The position numbers were made by a program, and so were the translations under genes. From an uncultured Chloroflexia bacterium (GTDB lineage: Bacteria; Chloroflexota; Limnocylindria; Limnocylindrales; CSP1-4), in contig CAWGTR010000013.1 of NCBI GenBank assembly GCA_963825545.1, positions 31,660-95,659 on the forward strand: a DNA stretch of 64,000 bases, written 5' to 3'. This document shows positions 53,752 through 62,868 of this stretch, piece after piece (position 1 is the stretch's first letter; every line of letters begins with the position of its first letter). The notes below the pieces were generated by a model. It was not told where the DNA came from. It made no database searches and saw nothing but the letters and a program-made list of their open reading frames with translations.

Positions 53752-55301
53752 CCGGTGATCCGGCGGATCGACGCGTAGAGCGGTCGGAGCGCCGGGTACA
53801 TCCGGCGATAGACCTCCCGGTATAGCGCGTCGTAGATCGCGTGGTTCGCCGGGTCCGGATCGCGTACCTCGGCCAGCCGGGTCATCTCGGCGACCGCGAC
53901 CTCGAACGACGGATGGATCCCCAGGCCGACCGCGGCGTCGATCGCCGCCCCGAGGGCGGAGGTCTCGGACGTGTGCGGCCGGCCGGTCGGCAGGCCGAAG
54001 ATGTCGGCCGTGAGCTGGACCGCCGCGGGGCTCTGTGACCCGCCCCCGGACACGCGCAGCTCGGTGATCCGCGTCTTCGTCCGGCGCTCGGTCCGCTCGG
54101 CGCCCTCGCGGAGCGCGTAGGCGAGACCCTCGAGGATCGCCCGGTAGAGGTGGGCCCGGGTGTGGACGTCGCCCCAGCCGATGATTGCGCCCTTGGCCTC
54201 CGGTCCGGGGATCCGGACCCCCGGCGACCAGTACGGCTGGAGGGTGAGGCCCATCGAGCCGGGTGGGACGGCGCGGACGAGGTCGTCGAACAGGACCTCG
54301 GGCTCGACCCCGCGGTCGCCGGCCAGCGCCACCTCGCGGTCGCCGAACTCGCGCTTGAACCATTCGACCATCCAGTACCCGCGCATGACCTGGATCTCCA
54401 GGCTCCACGCGCCGGGCACGGCGGCCGGATAGGGCGGCACGAGCGGGATCGCCTCGACGTAGCGGCGCTGGGTGGTGTTCAGCGTCGCGGTCGTCCCGTA
54501 CGACAGCGCCCCGATCGACGGCTCGAGCGCGCCCACCCCGAGAACCTCGCAGGCCTTGTCCGCCCCGGCCGCGATCAGTGGCAGGCCGGCCGGGATCCCC
54601 GTGGCCTCCGCGGCCGCGGCCGTGATCTCGCCCAGGGCGTCCCCGGGCGGGACGAGCTCGGGCAGCATCGCCCGGTCGACGGGAGCGACCTGCCACTTCC
54701 AGTCCCCCGCCGCCGCCCAGGCGAGATGCCGCGCGTCGAACGGCACGTAGCCCACCTGCGCGCCGATCGAGTCGACCGCCCGGCCCACGAGCCGGCGGGT
54801 GAGGAAGCCGGAGGTGAACAGGTAGCCAGCGGTCCGGGCCCAGGTCTCGGGCTCGAAGCGGCGGATCCAGTTGACCTCGGCGTCGGCCTGGAACGCCGCC
54901 ACGGTCTCACGGACGCCGAGCGCGCGAAACACGATCCCCTTCGCGCCGCCGATCGGCGGCAGGCCCTCGGTCCGGCGCTGATCGAGCCAGACAATCGCCG
55001 GGCGCAGCGGATCGCCCTTCGCGTCGACGACGACGATCGACGCGCGCTGGGCGGTCAGGGCAACCCCGGCGACGGCGTCGCGACGTACCGCCGGGTCGGC
55101 CAGGACGCGGCGGCACGCCTCGCCGAGGGCGCGCCACCAGACCTCGGCGTCCTGCTCCGCCCAGCCCGGCTGGGGCGACGCGTACGGCTCGTAGCGGACC
55201 CGGGCGACGGCGACGATGGCGCCGCGCGGATCGACGACCGCCGCGCGGAGGCTCTGCGTCCCGCAGTCGATCGCGAGGACGTGGTTGGCGGCGCCGCTCA
55301 C
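53733..55301 (-). CDS. FGGY-family carbohydrate kinase
   Basis: GTG at 55301 overlaps the upstream TGA (GTGA). LAIDCGTQSLRA, WLDQR, and the C-terminal GGGSQS motif. Confidence 0.9.
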   Translation of the reverse strand: MSGAANHVLAIDCGTQSLRAAVVDPRGAIVAVARVRYEPYASPQPGWAEQDAEVWWRALGEACRRVLADPAVRRDAVAGVALTAQRASIVVVDAKGDPLRPAIVWLDQRRTEGLPPIGGAKGIVFRALGVRETVAAFQADAEVNWIRRFEPETWARTAGYLFTSGFLTRRLVGRAVDSIGAQVGYVPFDARHLAWAAAGDWKWQVAPVDRAMLPELVPPGDALGEITAAAAEATGIPAGLPLIAAGADKACEVLGVGALEPSIGALSYGTTATLNTTQRRYVEAIPLVPPYPAAVPGAWSLEIQVMRGYWMVEWFKREFGDREVALAGDRGVEPEVLFDDLVRAVPPGSMGLTLQPYWSPGVRIPGPEAKGAIIGWGDVHTRAHLYRAILEGLAYALREGAERTERRTKTRITELRVSGGGSQSPAAVQLTADIFGLPTGRPHTSETSALGAAIDAAVGLGIHPSFEVAVAEMTRLAEVRDPDPANHAIYDALYREVYRRMYPALRPLYASIRRITGYPPPV

Positions 55302-56938
55302 GACGTCGGCGCGTCCCCTGCCGGGCGTCCGAGCAGCACGTCGGGGTCCATCAGCCCGGCGGGATCGAACCGGGCGGCCACGTCGCGGAGGGCCGCCATC
55401 CCGAGCTCGCCCTTCTCGACCGCGAGGTAGGGCACGTGGTCGCGCCCGACGCCGTGCTGGTGGCTGATCGTGCCGCCGTGCTCGACGATCACGCGGCTCG
55501 CGGCCGTCTTGAGCGCCAGCCAGCGCCGGTGGGTGCCCTCCGGTCGCGTCGACTGGCGGAACACGTAAGTCACGTAGATCCCGGTCCCCGACGAGTACAC
55601 GTGCGACAGGTGGGCGAACGCGTGGACCCGCTCGTTCTCGCCCTCGAGCCCGGCGTCGAGCGTCTGGACGAGCGCCGCGGCCAGGCCCGGCGCGCGACTC
55701 CAGTCGATCGCGGTCTCGAGCGTGTCGACGGCGTAGCCCGCCTCCCACAGACCGTTGCGCAGGTAGGGCTGGCGGAACCGGCTGGCATCCCAGCCATGGC
55801 CGAAGGCGGCCGGGGCGGTCACCGCGCCGTGCTTGCGCAGGATCTTCGTCGCCTCGCCGCTGGTCGCCTCGGCGAGCCGCGTCCGCCCTGCCAGCCCGAC
55901 GAGCAGGAGGCACGGATCGGCGCCCGCACCGCGCCGTCGGATCCAGCCCATCGCCAGGCCGAGGCGCCGCCGCTGGCCGGCGAGCGCGAGCGTGATCTGG
56001 GTCTCCGCCGGCGTCGACAGGCGGACCATCGACAGCGGCAGCCGGGCGGCGCTCAGCTCGCGGACCGCCGCGAGACCGCGCTCCCAGTCGGGAATGAACA
56101 GTGCGTTCGTGCGCTCGTAGTCGGGGATGGGAACCGAGCGCACCGTCGCCTCGACGAGGATCCCGAGGCGGCCCTCGGACCCGAGGACGAGCTGGCGCAG
56201 GTCGGGACCGGCCGCCGACGCCGGGCTGGTCGGCAGCTCGAGCGTTCCGGCCGGCGACTCCAGCCGGCCCCCGGCGAAGAGCGCCTCGATCCGCCCGAAC
56301 CCGAGCGAGCGCTGTCCGGACGAGCGGGTGACGACCCAGCCGCCGAGCGTCGAGTACTCCCACGACTGCGGCTCGTGACCAAGGATCCGGCCGCGGGCCC
56401 GGAGCGCGGCCTCGAGCGCCGGCCCGGTGACCCCGGCGCCGAACGTGGCGAGCCCGCTCGTCTCGTCCAGGTCGTGCACTGCGGCCATCCGTTCGAGGTC
56501 GACGACGAGGACCGCAGGATCGCCGCCCGCCGGCGGCCCGAGATCCGCGGGGGACAGGCCGCCAACGACGTTCGTGCCACCGCCGTACGGAACGACCCGC
56601 GCTCCGACGGCCCGGGCGTAGCCCAGCAGCCCGCGGACCTCCTCCGGCGTCGTCGGCCGGGCGATCCCGTCGGGGACCCGCCCAAGCAGGCCGCTCCGCA
56701 GAGCGATCCAGTCGCCGAGGCTTTGGCCACGTGCATGACGGACCCGGTCCTCCGCGTCCACCGAGACGAGGGGATGGGCGGGCAGGCGGCCGGCTGGGAT
56801 CACCCCGACCACGTCCGCGAGAACGGCGCTCGGCGTGGGTCGGCCCGGACCCACGAGCCCCTCGAGATGGGCAACCGCTTCGCGCGGGACGGTCGGCTTG
56901 ACCGCCTCGTCACCCCAGCCGTTCCAGCGTCGGGCCAT
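55298..56938 (-). CDS. FAD-linked oxidase (alkyl-DHAP synthase/AgpS-like)
   Basis: MARRWNGWGD start typical of AgpS-like proteins. VVPYGGGTNVVGG FAD-binding motif. ISHQHGVG near the C-terminus. Confidence 0.9.
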   Translation of the reverse strand: MARRWNGWGDEAVKPTVPREAVAHLEGLVGPGRPTPSAVLADVVGVIPAGRLPAHPLVSVDAEDRVRHARGQSLGDWIALRSGLLGRVPDGIARPTTPEEVRGLLGYARAVGARVVPYGGGTNVVGGLSPADLGPPAGGDPAVLVVDLERMAAVHDLDETSGLATFGAGVTGPALEAALRARGRILGHEPQSWEYSTLGGWVVTRSSGQRSLGFGRIEALFAGGRLESPAGTLELPTSPASAAGPDLRQLVLGSEGRLGILVEATVRSVPIPDYERTNALFIPDWERGLAAVRELSAARLPLSMVRLSTPAETQITLALAGQRRRLGLAMGWIRRRGAGADPCLLLVGLAGRTRLAEATSGEATKILRKHGAVTAPAAFGHGWDASRFRQPYLRNGLWEAGYAVDTLETAIDWSRAPGLAAALVQTLDAGLEGENERVHAFAHLSHVYSSGTGIYVTYVFRQSTRPEGTHRRWLALKTAASRVIVEHGGTISHQHGVGRDHVPYLAVEKGELGMAALRDVAARFDPAGLMDPDVLLGRPAGDAPTS

Positions 56939-56988
56939 GCGTCAATGGTGCCCCATCGACGCCGGCGTCGAGCGACGCGACGGCTGGC

Positions 56989-56994
56989 TAGACT
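56989..56994 (+). promoter_or_regulatory. candidate -10 box TAGACT, 7 nt upstream of ATG 57002
   Basis: TAnnnT fit, with no SD. Confidence 0.4.
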
Positions 56995-57001
56995 GGGCGC
57001 G

Positions 57002-57664
57002 ATGCCCGACTGCGACTGCGCCGGCCCCGGCAACGTCTTCACCGAGCGCACCGCTCGCGACGAGCTCCGTCGCTACCGGCGGGAGGGCGCGGACCGCCCG
57101 ACGCGGATCCTCGCGGACGCGATCGTGGCCGAGGGCGTCGACGGCGCGACGCTGCTCGACATCGGGGCCGGGGTCGGGGTGATCCAGCTCGAGCTCCTCG
57201 GGTCGGGCGTCGGCTCGGCCGAGTCGGTCGACGCCTCGCCGGCGTTCCTCGCGGTGGCCCGTGACGAAGCCGAGCGCCGCGGCCTCGGGGATCGGATCGC
57301 CCAGCGACAGGGCGACTTCGTGGCCCTCGCCGAGGCGGTGCCGCCGGCCGACGTCGTCACGCTCGTCCGCGTCGTGTGCTGCTACCCGGCGATGCCCGAG
57401 CTCGTCGGTCGGTCGGCCGACCACGCCCGGCGGATCCTCGGGATCGTCTACCCGCGCGATGCCTGGTGGACCCGAACGGGGGCCCGGCTGGGCAACCTCG
57501 TGTCGCGCCTGTTGCGCAACACATTCCGGTTCTACGTCCACCCCGAGCCGGAGATGGATCGCCTCATCCGGGCCGCCGGGTTCGAGCGCCGGGTCATCGA
57601 TCGGGGTCGGATCTGGCAGGTCGCCGTCTACGTCCGGCAGGGCGCCGCGACGGCCCAGCCGTAG
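57002..57664 (+). CDS. class I SAM-dependent methyltransferase with N-terminal Cys pair
   Basis: ATG at 57002, 7 nt after TAGACT. Motif I LLDIGAGVGV. Only the last 220 codons of the 742-aa ORF look coding. Confidence 0.75.
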   Translation: MPDCDCAGPGNVFTERTARDELRRYRREGADRPTRILADAIVAEGVDGATLLDIGAGVGVIQLELLGSGVGSAESVDASPAFLAVARDEAERRGLGDRIAQRQGDFVALAEAVPPADVVTLVRVVCCYPAMPELVGRSADHARRILGIVYPRDAWWTRTGARLGNLVSRLLRNTFRFYVHPEPEMDRLIRAAGFERRVIDRGRIWQVAVYVRQGAATAQP

Positions 57665-57881
57665 CGCCGCCGGTCGGTCCCCGACGGTCCTTCCGGCGGC
57701 CCGTGACCGGCCTCCGCCGGCTCGACCAGGGAGTGACCGGACGAACGGCCGGACGCGGACCCCCGAACGGGGGATGCCGCGTCCACGGGCCGGCGGCTAC
57801 GGTCCTGACGATGCCGCCGCTCGCCCCGTCTCCGACCCCCAGCACCGTGCATCGGCCGACTCCCGCCGAGGCCCCCGTCCG

Positions 57882-58421
57882 GTGTTGATCACGCGCCGCG
57901 ATCCGGGTCCGACGCCGGCGCCGCTGACCTGCCGGCAGTGCGGGCGCGGGCCCAGCCGGCCCGGGGCGACGATCTGCGGCCGGTGCGGGATCCCGTTCGG
58001 CGAGGCGCCCCGCGCCGATGCCGAGCTGCCGACCTGTCCGGTCTGCTACACGACCGTTCCCGACGACGGCCTTCTCCTGTCGCTCACGGGGAGCGGCCGG
58101 CGGGTCGCGATCGCCGAGCACATCGCGGAGCACGATCGCCATCCGGTCGGCGACGACGCCTGGCTCGAGTCGCTCCGCGAGGGCGACCGGATCCGGGTCG
58201 GCCGCTGGTACGCGCCGTTCGACCTCGTCCGGCGCTACTTCGTGACCGGCGCGCTTGACGGGGGGCGGCGGCGGACGTTCCAGCACGACGCGGTCGTGAA
58301 CGCGATGACCCAGCTGGCGCGCTGGGGCTCCGCGGCGAGCTCCGTGGTCGGCGACCAGGCGGAGTGGCGCGAGGCGCGTGACGCGGTCAGTGCGCTCCTG
58401 GAGCGCTACCACCGCCGCTGA
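57882..58421 (+). CDS. zinc-ribbon protein (three CxxC pairs) with unknown C-terminal domain
   Basis: CRQCG, CGRCG, CPVC within 50 residues. Start uncertain (GTG 57882 or ATG 57774). Confidence 0.45.
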   Translation: MLITRRDPGPTPAPLTCRQCGRGPSRPGATICGRCGIPFGEAPRADAELPTCPVCYTTVPDDGLLLSLTGSGRRVAIAEHIAEHDRHPVGDDAWLESLREGDRIRVGRWYAPFDLVRRYFVTGALDGGRRRTFQHDAVVNAMTQLARWGSAASSVVGDQAEWREARDAVSALLERYHRR

Positions 58422-58881
58422 GCGACGTGCCGGCGTCCGCCGGCGGAACGACCTCCAACCGGTAGTACCGCCCGACGGCGCGGACGTGACGCCGCGCCAG
58501 CCAGTACAGCACCGTCCCCGGGAACGGGTGCTGGCGGTAGGTCGCCGCGACGACCTCGGAGCGCTCGTCGCCGGGTGGCAGGAGGATCGCCCGGACGAGC
58601 GTCGGACCGAGCCACGCGGCGGCCACCGACGCCTGGCCGCCGGCCGCGTCGAGATCGCGCGTCCAGCCGCACTCCCCGTTCGGGTGGCCGATGTACCAGT
58701 CACCGCGGATGCGGAGCAGGCCGAGCAGCACGGGACGGGCGGCTCCGCTCCGCCGGCGGCGGATGGTCACCTCGACGGTGTCGCCCAGGCCAAGACGACG
58801 GGTCAGGCCACGGATGAGCGGCTCCATGACCCGGAGGAGGCAATAGAAGCGAGGCCAGACGGCGGTCCAGAACCGGGACAT
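58387..58881 (-). CDS. DUF385/deazaflavin-dependent nitroreductase-like small protein
   Basis: ATG at 58881. RRRRSGAARPVLLGLLRIRGDWYIGHPNGE..WTRDL resembles the split-barrel DUF385 family. The assignment is tentative. Confidence 0.5.
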   Translation of the reverse strand: MSRFWTAVWPRFYCLLRVMEPLIRGLTRRLGLGDTVEVTIRRRRSGAARPVLLGLLRIRGDWYIGHPNGECGWTRDLDAAGGQASVAAAWLGPTLVRAILLPPGDERSEVVAATYRQHPFPGTVLYWLARRHVRAVGRYYRLEVVPPADAGTSLSGGGSAPGAH

Positions 58882-58898
58882 CCGCCGATGATGCGCCG

Positions 58899-60524
58899 TC
58901 AGCCCTCGCTGGGGTCGCCGTCCGATCGCCCGCCGTGGCGGGCCAGCCGCTCGCCCGGCAAGGCCACCGGCGGCCGATGGCCGGACGGATGCGGACCGGA
59001 CGGTCGCTGACCCGCCGGACGCGGGCCTGCCGGCCGCTGGCCCGCCGGTCGTGACGGTGGGCCGGAGCGCTGGGCCGACCGGCCGGGCCCGCGGTCGTCG
59101 CGCGGCCCGAAGTGGCCCCACCGGTCGTCGGCAGACTGGCGCCGGGGACCGGCCGGCTGGCGGTGGGCCGCCGGCTGCGCATGACGACCAGCGGCGGGCG
59201 CGCGCCGGTCTGCCGGACGGTTGGGCCGCTGTGGCGCTGGACCGCGACCGAGCTGCGGCGCGTAGCCCCGGGCCGGCTGCGGTCGGCCGGCGCCCTGGCG
59301 CAGGAGGATCGGCTGCGGCCGGATCGACCGGTCGGGCGCGAAGCCCTCGACGACCTCGACCGCGATCGTCGTCCGCAGGAGGGACTCGATCTGCCAGAGG
59401 AGCTTCGACTCGTCGACGCAGACGAGCGAGATCGCGTCGCCGTCGAGACCGGCGCGGGCAGTCCGGCCGATCCGATGGAGGTAGTCCTCGGGCGCCATCG
59501 GCAGCTCGAAGTTGACGACGTGGGGCAACGAGTCGATGTCGATCCCGCGCGCCGCGATGTCGGTCGCGACGAGGATCGCCACGCGGCCCGCCTTGAAGTC
59601 GGCCAGCGCCCGGACGCGCTGCGACTGGCTCCGGTTGCCGTGGATCGCGGCGGCCGCGATCCCGTCCCGGGCGAGCTGCTCGGCGAGCCGGTTGGCGCCG
59701 TGCTTCGTGCGGGTGAACACGAGCGCCTGGTCGATCCGGCCGCTCCGGATGAGGTGGCTCAGGAGCTCACGCTTGCGCTCGCGGTCCACCGGGTGGACGA
59801 CCTGCCTGACGAGCTCGACGGTCGTGTTCCGCGGCGTCACCTGGACGTGCACGGGTCGATCGAGGATCCCGTCCGCGAGGCGCCGGATCTCGGTCGAGAA
59901 GGTCGCGCTGAAGAGCAGCGTCTGGCGGCGGACCGGCAGCAGCTCGAGGACCCGGCGGATGTCCCGGATGAAGCCCATGTCGAGCATCCGGTCCGCCTCG
60001 TCGAGGACGAGGATCTCGACCTGCCCGAGGTCGATCGTCCGCTGCCCGACATGGTCGAGGAGTCGTCCGGGCGTGGCGACCACGATCTCCGGACCCGCGC
60101 GCAGGGCCCGGACCTGGGCGTCGTAGCCGACGCCGCCATAGATGACCGTAGAGCGGATGGGGCGATGACGGCCGTACGTCCGGACGCTCTCCTCGACCTG
60201 GATCGCGAGCTCACGCGTCGGGGCCAGGATGAGGCAGCGGATCGGGGCACGGCCCACGCCGCGGCCCGGCCGGGTCGGCGATCCGTGGGCCGCCGCGACG
60301 CCGGCCGGCGTGGTGGTCGCGGGTCGTCGCTCGTGGAGGCGCTGCAGGATCGGCAGCACGAATGCGGCCGTCTTGCCGGTCCCGGTCTGCGCGCCGGCGA
60401 GCACGTCACGCCCCTCGAGGACGAGCGGAATGGACTCGGCCTGGACCGGGGTCGGGACGACGTAGCCCTCGTCGGCCACGGCGCGGAGAAGCTCGGGCGC
60501 GAGCCCGAGGGGGGCGAATGACAC
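58899..60524 (-). CDS. DEAD-box ATP-dependent RNA helicase with basic Pro/Arg/Gly-rich C-terminal tail
   Basis: Q-motif region, [21 protein letters not shown] and [10 protein letters not shown] motifs. Confidence 0.95.
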   Translation of the reverse strand: MSFAPLGLAPELLRAVADEGYVVPTPVQAESIPLVLEGRDVLAGAQTGTGKTAAFVLPILQRLHERRPATTTPAGVAAAHGSPTRPGRGVGRAPIRCLILAPTRELAIQVEESVRTYGRHRPIRSTVIYGGVGYDAQVRALRAGPEIVVATPGRLLDHVGQRTIDLGQVEILVLDEADRMLDMGFIRDIRRVLELLPVRRQTLLFSATFSTEIRRLADGILDRPVHVQVTPRNTTVELVRQVVHPVDRERKRELLSHLIRSGRIDQALVFTRTKHGANRLAEQLARDGIAAAAIHGNRSQSQRVRALADFKAGRVAILVATDIAARGIDIDSLPHVVNFELPMAPEDYLHRIGRTARAGLDGDAISLVCVDESKLLWQIESLLRTTIAVEVVEGFAPDRSIRPQPILLRQGAGRPQPARGYAPQLGRGPAPQRPNRPADRRAPAAGRHAQPAAHRQPAGPRRQSADDRWGHFGPRDDRGPGRSAQRSGPPSRPAGQRPAGPRPAGQRPSGPHPSGHRPPVALPGERLARHGGRSDGDPSEG

Positions 60525-60750
60525 AGTGATGCTCCTGGCGGGCCCTCCCGCATCGGTTGCGGGGCCCGGTCAGGGCATGGGGTGGATCGGGATCGGACGG
60601 TGGGAAACAGATGGCGCAGACCGGCGGCGCCCGTCGAGCACGAGGTGCGCAGCATAGCCGACGTCGACGGATCGTGCGGGGGCCGGGTTCGGTCGTGCGT
60701 CGTGGGCCGGCGCCCTCGCGCATCGCGCGCCCGGCGTCGCGAAGCCGGCG

Positions 60751-62856
60751 ATGAGCCGGGCCGACTACGATGGCCGGGTGCCCGAAGCGTCCGACGACCT
60801 GCTCGCCGACCTCGATTCCGCGCAGCGCGAGGCGGTCCTCGCGACCCGTGGGCCGGTCTGCATCCTGGCCGGAGCGGGGACCGGCAAGACCCGGGCGATC
60901 TCGCATCGCGTCGCCTATGCCGTGGCGGAAGGCGACGTGGCCGCCCGGCACGTCCTCGTCGTCACGTTCACCGACAAGGCGGCCGGCGAGATGCGCGAGC
61001 GGCTGGCGGCCCTCGGCCAGCCTGGGATCGCCGCCTCGACCTTTCACGCCGCCGCGCTCCGCCAGCTCCGCCACTTCTGGCCGCGGGTGACCGGCGACGA
61101 CCTGCCCGGGGTCCTCGAGTCGAAGGTCGCCCTGCTCGTGGACCTGGCCCGGTCACTGCCCGGCGGCTACCGCTACGTCGCGGTCCGAGACCTCGCCGCC
61201 GAGATCGAGTGGGCCAAGGCCCGGCGGATCGGCCCGGCCGCCTATGAGGCGTCCGTCGAGACGGAGGGCCACGACGGGCCGCTCCCGGCCCGGCTGTTCG
61301 CCCCGCTCTATCGCCGCTACGAGGCGACGAAGGCCCGCGCCGGCCGGATCGACTTCGAGGACATGCTCGAGATGACGGTCCGGCTCATCGAGGACGAGGC
61401 CGCCGTCGCCGCCCAGGTCCGGGACCGCTATCGCTGGTTCAGCGTCGACGAGTACCAGGACACGAACGCGCTGCAGCAGGCGCTCCTCGACGCCTGGCTC
61501 GGCGGCCGCGAGGACCTCGCCGTCGTCGGCGACGAGGACCAGACGATCTACACGTTCACCGGCGCATCGAGCGCCTGGCTCACGGGCTTCACGGGGCGCT
61601 ATCCCGACGCCCGGGTGATCCGGCTCGAGACGAACTACCGCTCGAGCCGGCAGGTCCTCGAGCTCGCCAACCGCCTCCTGGCGCGCGGGACGAGGCCGAC
61701 ACCGGGGCCTCCGAAGCGACTCGTCGCGACCCGGCCGGACGGCCCGCCTCCGGTGATCCGCCAGTTCGCGACCGGGCTCGACGAGGAGCGCGCCATCGCG
61801 ACCGAGGCCGGCCGGCTCATCGCCGGCGGGATCCCCGCCGAGTCGATCGCCGTGCTCGTCCGGACGAACGGCCAGCTCGTGGGGTTCGAGGCCGCCCTCC
61901 GCTTCGAGCGGATCCCCTTCCAGCTCCGCGGCGAACGGTTCTTCGCCCGCCCCGAGATCCGGCGCGCGGTCGCGGCGGTGCGGGCAGCCCGGCGGGCGAC
62001 CGAGCCCACGACGACCGACGCCCCCGGCCTGACCGCTCGGCTGGCCGCTGCCTGGGAGCGAGCGCTCGACTTCCGACCCGAGGAGGTCCCGCCGGGCGAG
62101 GAGGCGCGCCAGCGCCACGCCAGCCTGCTCGCGCTGCTCGAGGTCGGTCGTGAGGTCGAGGCGGCCGACCCGGGGGCCGGCCTGGACGGCTTCCTCGCCG
62201 AGGTCGAACGGCGGACGGCGGCGGAGGCCGAGGGCGCGCCCGGCTCGGGGGTCGAGCTGCTGACGTTCCACCGGGCGAAGGGGCTCGAATGGGACGCTGT
62301 GTTCCTGCCCGCGCTCGAGGAAGGCATCCTTCCGATCCGCCAGGCAACGGAGCCGGCCGAGATCGAGGAGGAACGCCGGCTGCTGTACGTCGGGATCACC
62401 CGTGCCCGCGCCCACCTGTGGCTCTCGTCGTCCCGCCGGCGGGACGGGAAGTCGACCGATCGCCGCCGCTCCCGCTTCCTGCTCGAGGTCGCCGGTGCGG
62501 CCCGCCCGGCGGGCGCGCCGAGCGCCGCGCGCCGTGGGGACGCGCCGGGCCGCTCGCCCATCCCCGTCGGGCCGGGCGTGCGACCGCGTGAGGCGGCGGG
62601 GGCGGCCGCGGTGCTCGGGGCGGACGGTCCGCCCGGGCTCTTCGAGGCGCTTCGGGCATGGCGGCTCGAGCGGGCGCGGGCCGACGCCGTGCCGCCGTAC
62701 GTGATCTTGCACGACAGCACGCTGACGGCGGTCGCCGAGCGCCGTCCCCGGGACCTCGCCGATCTCGCCACGATCCCGGGGATCGGGCCAACCAAGCTGG
62801 ATCGCTACGGCGACGAGCTCATCGCCGTCGTCGCGGCGGAGGAGGCCGCCGGCTGA
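60751..62856 (+). CDS. UvrD/PcrA-family DNA helicase with C-terminal HRDC domain (UvrD2-like)
   Basis: AGAGTGKT, VDEYQDTN, TNYRS, TFHRAKGLEW and LLYVGITRA motifs. C-terminal HRDC (PPYVILHDSTL..IPGIGPTKL). Alternative leaderless start at GTG 60778. Confidence 0.9.
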   Translation: MSRADYDGRVPEASDDLLADLDSAQREAVLATRGPVCILAGAGTGKTRAISHRVAYAVAEGDVAARHVLVVTFTDKAAGEMRERLAALGQPGIAASTFHAAALRQLRHFWPRVTGDDLPGVLESKVALLVDLARSLPGGYRYVAVRDLAAEIEWAKARRIGPAAYEASVETEGHDGPLPARLFAPLYRRYEATKARAGRIDFEDMLEMTVRLIEDEAAVAAQVRDRYRWFSVDEYQDTNALQQALLDAWLGGREDLAVVGDEDQTIYTFTGASSAWLTGFTGRYPDARVIRLETNYRSSRQVLELANRLLARGTRPTPGPPKRLVATRPDGPPPVIRQFATGLDEERAIATEAGRLIAGGIPAESIAVLVRTNGQLVGFEAALRFERIPFQLRGERFFARPEIRRAVAAVRAARRATEPTTTDAPGLTARLAAAWERALDFRPEEVPPGEEARQRHASLLALLEVGREVEAADPGAGLDGFLAEVERRTAAEAEGAPGSGVELLTFHRAKGLEWDAVFLPALEEGILPIRQATEPAEIEEERRLLYVGITRARAHLWLSSSRRRDGKSTDRRRSRFLLEVAGAARPAGAPSAARRGDAPGRSPIPVGPGVRPREAAGAAAVLGADGPPGLFEALRAWRLERARADAVPPYVILHDSTLTAVAERRPRDLADLATIPGIGPTKLDRYGDELIAVVAAEEAAG
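60766..60771 (+). promoter_or_regulatory. candidate -10 box TACGAT, 6 nt upstream of in-frame GTG 60778
   Basis: TAnnnT fit. Context ACTACGATGGCCG is nearly identical to the context at 49153. Confidence 0.35.
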
Positions 62857-62868
62857 CCGCCGCCGGGT

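Noticed and set aside
53158-55430. 512-aa (-) and 426-aa (+) ORFs across the FGGY kinase region
   Set aside because: They are alternative-frame or antisense shadows of the hypothetical gene at 53131-53751 and of the FGGY kinase. No motifs are present.
55436-57001. N-terminal 520 codons of the 742-aa ORF 55436-57664
   Set aside because: This part is antisense to the AgpS-like oxidase and is Arg/Pro-rich. Only the segment from ATG 57002 (methyltransferase motif LLDIGAGVGV, preceded by a TAGACT box) looks coding.
60525-60750. Small ORFs (60557-60754, 60582-61247) and a GC hairpin (gggccctcccgcatcggttgcggggccc, 60541-60568) in the helicase-helicase intergenic region
   Set aside because: The ORFs are Arg-rich with poor third-position bias. 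The imperfect hairpin is probably part of the DEAD-box helicase 5' UTR, and I cannot argue for anything more specific.
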